Of a stretch of 55,581 bases of DNA, positions 20,192 through 27,147 are shown piece after piece (the first letter of the stretch is position 1; each line of letters begins with the position of its first letter). The notes beneath the pieces are model-generated. The model did not search any database and was not told where the DNA came from. It saw only the letters and a list, made by a program, of their open reading frames with translations. Origin of the DNA: a virus (lineage: Duplodnaviria; Caudoviricetes); IMG/VR virus record IMGVR_UViG_3300030419_003947, positions 1 through 55,581 of that record. One strand, written 5' to 3'. The position numbers were made by a program, and so were the translations under genes.

Positions 20192-20780
20192 CTTCCTGTG
20201 TGCCTATCTCCACGCCTTCAGAGACATCGAACTCCGCAGGGACAGCATTCTGCTCTACGATCTTCAGCAGTGCCTCCGTAGACATGTCATCCAATGTCTT
20301 CTTCTCTTCTATCGTCTGATGGATGACCGCTGCCTTCGGTGCGTGTAAACCAAGGATCTTACAGCGTTGGTCGATACACCACTGGATCTTATCCAGCCAC
20401 TTGGTGTCTCCAGCAGGGCTAGAGGAGTTTGTCTTCGACGTAAAGCTGGTATTGCCCGTATTCATCTCCGTAGTCGAAGACTTGCCCTGCTGAGAGAGGT
20501 GATAGCCTTCCCACGCCACTTTCTCCAGATGATCCACCTTCGCCAACTGCATAGCCTTCGCCGCATTGAAATCAAATAATGCTTGGCTCTGCCATGTCTG
20601 CTGAAGCTCTGCAAGAGCCTTCTGAACCGTAGCACGGCTAATAGAAAGCTCTTCGGTCATCTCTCGTTGCGAACGACCCTTGAGATACATGTCGGCTAAC
20701 CGTGCCGCATCAAAAGCCTTCTCCAAGGTCGTGCGCTTCCTCTTAGGGTTCGTACTGACAGGCTTAATCCTTCTGGGCAT
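20160..20780 (-). CDS. terS: Putative terminase small subunit (HTH)
   Basis: HTH GRSQREMTEELSISRATVQKAL; RCKILGL motif; directly upstream of terL. Confidence 0.7.
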   Translation of the reverse strand: MPRRIKPVSTNPKRKRTTLEKAFDAARLADMYLKGRSQREMTEELSISRATVQKALAELQQTWQSQALFDFNAAKAMQLAKVDHLEKVAWEGYHLSQQGKSSTTEMNTGNTSFTSKTNSSSPAGDTKWLDKIQWCIDQRCKILGLHAPKAAVIHQTIEEKKTLDDMSTEALLKIVEQNAVPAEFDVSEGVEIGTQEGEVEQLAETA

Positions 20781-20994
20781 CGTCTATGATCTTTCTCAAG
20801 TCATCATAAGGGAAAACCGTCTGACAGGCTCTACAGACATACTCATACGTCTGCAATTTCCAAATAACTCGCGTTTCTGGATGATCACAGCCCTCAGACA
20901 ACTTCCGCATCGCCATATGAGCATCGGGCCACTCTAAATACACCCTATCCGCAATATAGGTTCCATAAACATGCGGAACATACTCTTCCATCAA
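20764..20994 (-). CDS. Hypothetical protein (C.H...CxxC)
   Basis: Overlapping stop/start chain leading into terS. Confidence 0.6.
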   Translation of the reverse strand: MMEEYVPHVYGTYIADRVYLEWPDAHMAMRKLSEGCDHPETRVIWKLQTYEYVCRACQTVFPYDDLRKIIDDAQKD

Positions 20995-21179
20995 AACAAA
21001 GTGCGCTGGGCGTATTCACTCTCAGGCACCAAAGCCTTCATGGCCGAAATCATCTCATTTCTACGCTCTGGACTGAAAATAGAATCCGCATCCTTCAAAA
21101 ACGTATCAACGATACTAATAGCACACAGACGCTCCGATACAATCTCATCAGAATACGCCAAAGCATCTTTGCCATTCAT
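20991..21179 (-). CDS. Hypothetical protein (62 aa)
   Basis: ATGA overlaps on both sides. Confidence 0.65.
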   Translation of the reverse strand: MNGKDALAYSDEIVSERLCAISIVDTFLKDADSIFSPERRNEMISAMKALVPESEYAQRTLF

Positions 21180-21436
21180 AAGATCGTCGCTATCGTTGTA
21201 CCGTCTTCAGAAGTCTCATACAGAACATTGAACTCCTCATCCAAGTGAGACTCAACCTTCTGCCCCATCGGAAAAACATCTTCAGCCTTCTGAACCCTGA
21301 CCTCTATAGCCTGTGGTTGCCCCTCCTCCAAGAACTGCGCAATACGATTGTTCGTCGGCAGAAAGGGAACATCATCACCCTGCAACTGGCGCATCAGACG
21401 TTCATGGTCATCCAGATTCTGATTAGGGTCCGACAT
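21176..21436 (-). CDS. Hypothetical acidic protein, first gene of the late arm (86 aa)
   Basis: GGAGG RBS before the ATG at 21436 (MSDPNQ...). Confidence 0.7.
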   Translation of the reverse strand: MSDPNQNLDDHERLMRQLQGDDVPFLPTNNRIAQFLEEGQPQAIEVRVQKAEDVFPMGQKVESHLDEEFNVLYETSEDGTTIATIL

Positions 21437-21483
21437 ATAAACCTCCCAATGATATACGTATCTATACATACAATATACGAATA

Positions 21484-21499
21484 TGTTCCACGTGAAACA
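21484..21499. promoter_or_regulatory. parS: parS centromere-like site TGTTCCACGTGAAACA
   Basis: Exact match to the bacterial chromosomal parS consensus TGTTNCACGTGAAACA, in AT-rich intergenic DNA. Confidence 0.85.
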
Positions 21500-21579
21500 T
21501 ACACAATTTTTTTATATAGGGTAATAGTGGGAGGAATATGGTCTGTATTGTGTAGGTGTATTAAATAATAAATTACATG

Positions 21580-21970
21580 ACAGCGGGGGAACGACGATTC
21601 GGCGGGGGCATTATGCAACGGGGGAATCGTCTGTCAGAATCGGCCCAAAATCGTCTGTCAGACAAGTCTGTTCGTCTGTTTTGGGCCGATCAGAGCCTAA
21701 ACAGTGCGCGTCATAACGTGTGCTGTTCAGTTCAAGATTCTTTGAACGCGTCTGATGGATGATATCCATGAGAATCTGAGCCGTAGGGAACTGAACTAAG
21801 CGGCTCACCCTGCTGTCCTACGGCACCCTGTTTTGGGCCGATTGCTGTCTGTTGTCGGTCCCGAAGGCACTCTGTTGCTGGTCTGGTCTGGCTTGTCAGG
21901 CTTTTCTGAATACCATTCAGCATATATGTAAGGCCATTCTCAGCCCTCTCTGAATACCATTCAGTATATA
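21580..21970. repeat. Non-coding cluster of short direct and inverted repeats (candidate packaging/terminus or origin region)
   Basis: AATCGTCTGTCAGA x2 (21625, 21649); CTGTTTTGGGCCGAT x2 (21676, 21828) with inverted ATCGGCCCAAAA (21639); TCTGAATACCATTCAG x2 (21905, 21949). Confidence 0.75.
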
Positions 21971-22493
21971 CATAGGGACTCGACTTGAGGAACTGGATGA
22001 GGTCTATGGATACCATCCATCACGCTTGAGTGTGCCAAATGGTATTTGGAGACTTGAGGTTTGGAGTGAGGCGATCCCCAAGGGGATCAACGTGTGTAAA
22101 GCAGAGCTTGGCGTGTGTGTAGTAGTCTGGGTTGGTCGATTTTGGCGATGCAGAATTTGCAGCCCTTTTTCCTACGGAAGAGTCGAACTATCGTAGGCGC
22201 GAATCATTACTTAGATGTGCGCGTTGGATGCAAAGTTTGCTGGCCGATTTCGCTGGTTTTGTGGGATTTGCTGCAAAATCTGCACTTTCGGAATGGCCTT
22301 GCGCGGAAGCAAAGCTTCTTATGCGTGTAATCGTAGGCATGTGGGACGTACGTGGCTCTAAAGAGCCTATTCGCGTGTTGGGACTTTGGCTAATGCGTGG
22401 GCGCGAAACATATAGTCCGTGCGCGTCGTTGGGCTTTGAGATCGGCCAAAAAATATTGCGCATTATGCGAGCGGGGATTTTTGTGGATCGGGG

Positions 22494-22510
22494 CTGGCAC
22501 GGCGATTGCA
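22494..22510 (+). promoter_or_regulatory. Sigma-54 (RpoN) -24/-12 promoter; predicted TSS ~22521
   Basis: CTGGCACGGCGATTGCA matches YTGGCACG-N4-TTGCW perfectly (GG-N10-GC); intergenic and pointing into the early arm. Confidence 0.82.
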
Positions 22511-22520
22511 ACGGTAAAAG

Positions 22521-23225
22521 CTGACGGCGGACCAGTTCAACGGTTCGATCGTTTTCATCACCCCCTCGATGGAGCAAACACAGCAGCGTCCAGCAGCGAG
22601 GGAGCAGGGCAGGTCAGAGGCACTGCGGTTCGCCGACAATAGATCGGCCATCGCAGAGAGCTTGATCGGGTCCGTAGACATAGCCAGCCGAGCCGGGGTT
22701 AAAGGCCCCAGAGCAGCCGCTCGTATGAAGCAAAGCTGGTGGGTCATCCGAGGGAAGACATGATCGGTTTGACTGTGAATATGGCAAGTCGCAGTGATCA
22801 GACTCAACAGTGAATGTGGTCAAGGCACGCCACCCCGTAGCAGTTCATTTAGACTGCCGTGATCGGTGGAGCAATAGTCTCCAAGCTACACGACTAAAGG
22901 TGTAGTGAACAACGCACAACTAAAGGCGCGTTGTTTAGGACGAGGCAAACGCCATTTCGGACCTCACCAGAGGTGGATTTGGATTTCTTGACTAACAGCT
23001 TAAAAAGCTGTGCTGTGATCTTGTCCTCTATCAAATACGCCCATAGCCGAGCGGATAACCGCTCGACAGCGCGATCAATTGCGTGTTATAACGCGCTATT
23101 GATCAAGAGGCTGTGGCAGTCCAGTAGTGGCTGTCGGGTGAACAAGTTCACCGCTGTGCTAAAGCCTTGGAATTCACCATCAAGCACAGCCTTTCACATA
23201 CAGTGACTCATTAGAAGTCACACCA
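22521..23225 (+). ncRNA. Candidate large multi-stem structured RNA (~700 nt), class unknown
   Basis: More than 15 hand-paired stems, several with G-U pairs favouring the + strand and nested multibranch junctions; no credible CDS; begins at the predicted sigma-54 TSS. Confidence 0.7.
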
Positions 23226-23242
23226 CGCAAAAGGAGCCTATC

Positions 23243-23860
23243 ATGGCAACTTCCAACGTCCCCCAGATCAACCTCAACCGTGCCGTATCGACCAAGTCGA
23301 TCAAGGGCAAGGTCAACCCCAACAACCCCATGACGAAAGGTCAGGCGCGCCTGCTCTACTTCGCGGTCAAAGAACTGACGGGGGCGCGGTTGGACCTGTT
23401 CAGCGTCAACACTCCGGCTCTGGTCCACAGCGACATCACTGAGTTGTGCGGTGTGCTGTCCAAGGACAGCAACGCGACTCAGGATGAGCAGCAGTTGGCC
23501 ATTGAGATTCTGGTCAGCGACCTCCGGGTTCCGGTGCTGGAGTCGGCACCCCGTCCTGTTTCCTCTGCTGGCCGCGCCGCCGCCGCTAAAGCCCCGAGCA
23601 TCCCGGCACCAGAGGCTGGCAAGGTCGGCATCGAACCGACAGAGCCGAAGAAGATGACCAGAGCGGAGTCGCTGGCCAAGGCCAGAGCCGCCAAGAAAGC
23701 CAAGGCAGAGGCGGCCAAGGCAGCCAAGGCGGCGGCACCAGCGGCACCGAGCTTGCCCGTGGTCACCCAGACTTCTGCCGCGCCGTCTGAAAAGACTGCG
23801 GATGAGAAGCTGGCACTGTTGGTCAGCGGCATTGCGGATCTGATCAAGGCCATAGCGTAG
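23243..23860 (+). CDS. 205-aa early protein with Ala/Lys-rich histone-H1-like segment
   Basis: AAGGAG RBS; strongly C/G-ending codons; AKARAAKKAKAEAAKAAKAAAP tract. Confidence 0.85.
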   Translation: MATSNVPQINLNRAVSTKSIKGKVNPNNPMTKGQARLLYFAVKELTGARLDLFSVNTPALVHSDITELCGVLSKDSNATQDEQQLAIEILVSDLRVPVLESAPRPVSSAGRAAAAKAPSIPAPEAGKVGIEPTEPKKMTRAESLAKARAAKKAKAEAAKAAKAAAPAAPSLPVVTQTSAAPSEKTADEKLALLVSGIADLIKAIA

Positions 23861-23909
23861 CATACCAGTACCTACCGTGTATGGCCTTATCAAGGCTGTG
23901 CATGGTAGG

Positions 23910-23962
23910 GGGGTCGGGCAGATCAGCACTGTCCCTGACGAAGACCATATGGTCGAAACCCC
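23910..23962 (+). ncRNA. Type III hammerhead ribozyme; predicted cleavage after C23915 (GUC)
   Basis: GGGGUC | stem I GGGCAG-AUCAGCA-CUGUCC | CUGACGA + extra A | stem II GACC-AUAU-GGUC | GAAA-CCCC. Core nucleotides and all three stems are present. Confidence 0.88.
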
Positions 23963-24032
23963 GTCAGCTTGCTCCATAACCATGCCGTATCGACATAGTC
24001 GATTCTTGGGGAGCAATGATTCCACCACTGTT

Positions 24033-24202
24033 CCAGCAGTTTGACAGAGTCCCTTAAGGGATCTACGGTTCTTGTCCCATCAGACTGCTGGGCTAATAAG
24101 CACACCACAACTGTTCCGATAGTCTGAGATATCGCGGCTTGACACGCCACACCCCATAGTGGGCATCCGAATGGAAGCGATTAATCAGATTATTGGAACA
24201 GT
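24033..24202 (+). ncRNA. Two long stem modules downstream of the hammerhead
   Basis: 12-bp stem 24033-24044/24080-24091; 18-bp stem 24110-24127/24185-24202 capped by a four-way junction. Confidence 0.65.
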
Positions 24203-24228
24203 ATTCACACCACAGAGGGGAAACTCTG

Positions 24229-24486
24229 ATGAATTACGCAATGGTATCACGCATCAATGCCTTTGGCAGAGGACAAGTTTGGGTCTATGTGGACCTGCAC
24301 ACCCACCGCATTGCTCTGCCGTATGTATTTGAGACACAGAAACAGGCAGTTGACACAATGGGATCGCCTGTTGTTGAGTATAATCCAGACTACTGGAACA
24401 GATTGAACATATATGAGTTGGCACCCAATCCTGTTACCACACCACCTATGTCTGAATCAGACATTTCTCAGAAAGGAGCAAAATGA
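24229..24486 (+). CDS. Hypothetical early protein (85 aa)
   Basis: GAGGGG RBS before the ATG at 24229. Confidence 0.65.
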   Translation: MNYAMVSRINAFGRGQVWVYVDLHTHRIALPYVFETQKQAVDTMGSPVVEYNPDYWNRLNIYELAPNPVTTPPMSESDISQKGAK

Positions 24487-24611
24487 AAACTCCGAAGATC
24501 ATCAATGTGGCAGAGATGCTACAGAAAACCCGCCGCACCACTGCCCGTGCAGGGCAGAGATTCGTAGACAAGTCGAAGTATACCCGCAAACAGAAGCACA
24601 AAACCCTCTAA
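24483..24611 (+). CDS. 42-aa basic peptide with an ArfA-like tail (DKSKYTRKQKHK)
   Basis: Hand-translated; AAGGAG RBS; ATGA overlap with the upstream gene. Confidence 0.75.
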   Translation: MKTPKIINVAEMLQKTRRTTARAGQRFVDKSKYTRKQKHKTL

Positions 24612-24625
24612 TAGGAGACAGAATC

Positions 24626-24832
24626 ATGCCAAGTCTTACCCACAATCAACAGATCGCAATGGCCGTTATCATCGGTCAGTCCAACACCAGCAACGCCCGT
24701 ATTATGGCACAGGAATCTTTGAGGAACGCGGAGTCTGAAGAGAACTATGCACTGGCAACAGACAGCGATAGCCGCCCCGCCCACATGTCTGTCAGCAAGA
24801 CAGGCGTATACACCTTTCGCACGGTCAGCTAA
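24626..24832 (+). CDS. Hypothetical protein (68 aa)
   Basis: AGGAG RBS before MPSLTH at 24626. Confidence 0.65.
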   Translation: MPSLTHNQQIAMAVIIGQSNTSNARIMAQESLRNAESEENYALATDSDSRPAHMSVSKTGVYTFRTVS

Positions 24833-24833
24833 C

Positions 24834-24929
24834 ATGGACTTCCTACAGTCGGCACTGGTCATATTAGGCATTTCCATAGGCATAACCTTTATTTGCTACC
24901 TTGTGGTCACTAAACCAGAGGAGGATTGA
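24834..24929 (+). CDS. 31-aa single-transmembrane peptide
   Basis: MDFLQSALVILGISIGITFICYLVVTKPEED; fills the gap between neighbours. Confidence 0.5.
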   Translation: MDFLQSALVILGISIGITFICYLVVTKPEED

Positions 24930-24931
24930 AC

Positions 24932-25189
24932 ATGCGAAACAATAATGGGTTCACGTTCAACAGGCTCAACGAGTCTACAGTTGTTGTCAGCAATCAGAGT
25001 ATGCTGACGGGCCACTTTAACTCCCAAGAGTGGCATGTTCCTTTTGACACCTTCCAGAGAGGCTATACAAAGTGGCTGGCTGGCGCATTTATACAGGACG
25101 CTATGCCCTTCCTGTCTGATAATCAGCGGGAGTTTGTGATGTCTGGCATCACAGAGGAAGAGTGGGATCTGGAATTCAAGGACATGTAA
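24932..25189 (+). CDS. Conserved-looking phage hypothetical protein
   Basis: GGAGG RBS; IQDAMPFLSDNQREFVMSGITEEEWD motif recalled from environmental phage proteins. Confidence 0.8.
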   Translation: MRNNNGFTFNRLNESTVVVSNQSMLTGHFNSQEWHVPFDTFQRGYTKWLAGAFIQDAMPFLSDNQREFVMSGITEEEWDLEFKDM

Positions 25190-25204
25190 AGAAAGGAGTG
25201 ATCT

Positions 25205-25408
25205 ATGTTTCACATAGACATCGTGCAGACTGCCGTCAGAGATAGCAAGGGACGGTTCACTGGAGAATACAAGATAGAGTTCTCCAGTTTCTTGTTAACA
25301 AGAATATTTGGTGGCGATACCATCCCCTCCAACAGGGGATTGCTAAAGGCACAGCTTGTCTTGTGTCCTCTGATATTGTGGCTAACTTATTCTCTCACAG
25401 GGGGTTAG
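25205..25408 (+). CDS. Hypothetical protein with RDSKGRF motif and C-terminal TM segment
   Basis: AAGGAG RBS. Confidence 0.65.
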   Translation: MFHIDIVQTAVRDSKGRFTGEYKIEFSSFLLTRIFGGDTIPSNRGLLKAQLVLCPLILWLTYSLTGG

Positions 25409-25413
25409 ATGAC

Positions 25414-25707
25414 ATGGGAAGTTTAGTGCATCTCGCAGAGCAATTGACTAAGAATCCGCAGAGTAAAGTTATCAACTTTCAACAGAAGGAGGTAAAGCCA
25501 TTGCCAAAAAGCAATGAATCAGACCACAGTCCAGCCACTAAGAGACAGCGGGGTTGGATCTATTACAACCTCAAACTCAGCACCTACAAAGTATCCATCA
25601 GCAAGGTGGAGATGAGTGTGCTGATAGAGCGTAGCCAGCGCAACAGTGAAGAGAAAGCCAAGGTCAAATTCAGACTGCTCCAGATGGGAGCAAAGGAGGT
25701 GGCGTAG
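25414..25707 (+). CDS. Hypothetical protein with PATKRQ motif
   Basis: ORF in the early chain; start inferred. Confidence 0.65.
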   Translation: MGSLVHLAEQLTKNPQSKVINFQQKEVKPLPKSNESDHSPATKRQRGWIYYNLKLSTYKVSISKVEMSVLIERSQRNSEEKAKVKFRLLQMGAKEVA

Positions 25708-26057
25708 TGCAGATCACTATTGAACTCAGCGAAGAAGACACAAGGATCGCACGGTCTATTGTGTCTGGCCAGACACACTTTGTATTGAACAGCCATTGTC
25801 TGGAGGATGCGGTTATCACGGGTGTATTACATCAGATCCATAACAACACAGCAATCTGGGCAGCTACAGACAAGCTACTTAACAGAGGGGGTTTCGATGG
25901 TGAACACGATCAAGATCTGGCAGAACAGCAGGATATTTGCAACACTGACGGGGCTGGTGCGCCCGTCAAAGAACACGAAGACAGGGCCGATGATGGCGAT
26001 ATCCCTACTGGACAAGAGGGACACGCCGACACAGATCATCAAGCAGAAGAAAGATGA
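25707..26057 (+). CDS. Hypothetical protein (3' end overlaps the next gene)
   Basis: AAGGAGGT RBS before GTG. Confidence 0.55.
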   Translation: MQITIELSEEDTRIARSIVSGQTHFVLNSHCLEDAVITGVLHQIHNNTAIWAATDKLLNRGGFDGEHDQDLAEQQDICNTDGAGAPVKEHEDRADDGDIPTGQEGHADTDHQAEER

Positions 26058-26601
26058 CAGTGTCTGTGGTGATTGCAAGCTACGTGGCAGGATCTGCTAC
26101 GTCCACCCCATGTCTCTCAATGGAGTCTGGAAAGCAGCAGTAGATCAAGTTGTATCGGCACTGCCAAAGAGACTACGTGCTGTAAGGTTCGGCACCTATG
26201 GCAACCCCAGCTTGCTCCCTCTGGGATTGGTTAAAAAGGTAGCCGCCAAGGCAAAGACTTGGACAGGTTACACTCACGATTGGGAAACCTGTAACCCTCA
26301 GTATAATAAATATTTCATGGCATCCATAGACCCCTTCACCGCACAAGCGAAAGGACGCACAGCTATAGAAGACAAAGCTGAAGCAAATAGAATGGGATAC
26401 AGAACCTACAGGACCATCGGCTCAATCAAAGAATTGTTGCCCGATGAGATCCATTGCCCCCACGAAGAGAAAGGAGTGCAGTGCATAGACTGTGGACTGT
26501 GCAGTGGGAACAGTATCAAGGCCAAGAACATTGCCATCACAGTAGGTGGCGCACCAAACAAACAGGTCCATTATCTTAAAACCATCAAGGAGATTGCCTA
26601 A
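25897..26601 (+). CDS. gp88-like Cys-rich (radical-SAM-like/Fe-S) protein
   Basis: CGDC...CY, RFGTYGNP, WTGYTHDW, CP...C..C.LC motifs; GAGGGGG RBS. Confidence 0.7.
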   Translation: MVNTIKIWQNSRIFATLTGLVRPSKNTKTGPMMAISLLDKRDTPTQIIKQKKDDSVCGDCKLRGRICYVHPMSLNGVWKAAVDQVVSALPKRLRAVRFGTYGNPSLLPLGLVKKVAAKAKTWTGYTHDWETCNPQYNKYFMASIDPFTAQAKGRTAIEDKAEANRMGYRTYRTIGSIKELLPDEIHCPHEEKGVQCIDCGLCSGNSIKAKNIAITVGGAPNKQVHYLKTIKEIA

Positions 26602-27146
26602 TGTCATACCATGAGACAACGATTCAAGTAGACACTGAAGTAGATTTAGGGTTCGATATATCCGTAGCTGATAGCTATAGTGGAACAGCATTTGACTGTG
26701 ACGTAGACTTCAGTGGCACTGACATTGAGATCACCATTGACACCTCAGATTTTCGTGATGAGATCAAAGAGGAAATCAAAGAGACTGTCAAAGATGAACT
26801 CTACGAAGATATTAAGGAAGAGATCATCGAATCCATTGCACACGCCGACAACCCATTCGCCAAGTTGGCAGCATTCGTCAACTCCATTGATCGTCCTCAT
26901 AAACGAAGCGTAGATTCTCGCATCGACAACGCGGTTATAGCATCTAACAAGACGCTGGAAACGTCTTGGACCAACGTCTGTGCTGAGAAAGACAAGGAGA
27001 TAGAGCAGCTAAACAAAGACAAGCTGGAGCTTGCAGAACACATCAAGTTAGAGAAAGAGAAAGGAGAAGAGAAGCCAGCATTGACTGTTCATTTAGACCC
27101 ACCGCAACCCGCATTCCCTAACAAATTTAACACGGAGGAAAAGTAA
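26601..27146 (+). CDS. Hypothetical acidic coiled-coil protein (181 aa)
   Basis: AAGGAG RBS; TAATG overlap. Confidence 0.75.
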   Translation: MSYHETTIQVDTEVDLGFDISVADSYSGTAFDCDVDFSGTDIEITIDTSDFRDEIKEEIKETVKDELYEDIKEEIIESIAHADNPFAKLAAFVNSIDRPHKRSVDSRIDNAVIASNKTLETSWTNVCAEKDKEIEQLNKDKLELAEHIKLEKEKGEEKPALTVHLDPPQPAFPNKFNTEEK

Positions 27147-27147
27147 C

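Noticed and set aside
22770-22885. Group I intron core (GCAGTTCA..AGACT and ATAGTCT resemble P6/P7 words)
   Set aside because: Only ~18 nt separate the would-be P7 strands, too short for P3' + P8 + J8/7. GCAGT/ACTGC pair locally instead, and no interrupted gene is evident.
22115-23206. Track ORFs in the control region (e.g. 22132..22524, 22188..22577, 22463..22807, 22931..23206)
   Set aside because: No RBS, atypical composition and mutual overlap; better explained as promoter plus structured RNA.
21581-24027. tmRNA or tRNA (GGGGG...GATTCG at 21585; TCCACCA at 24021)
   Set aside because: No T-arm (GGTTCGA stem-loop) before the CCA and no matching acceptor stem.
23180-24028. 282-aa minus-strand ORF
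   Set aside because: Antisense shadow of the codon-biased 205-aa gene; no RBS; opposite to the hammerhead strand.
24218-24260. Second hammerhead (GAAAC and CTGATGA)
   Set aside because: The motifs are adjacent with no stems I-III; CTGATGA simply contains a start codon.
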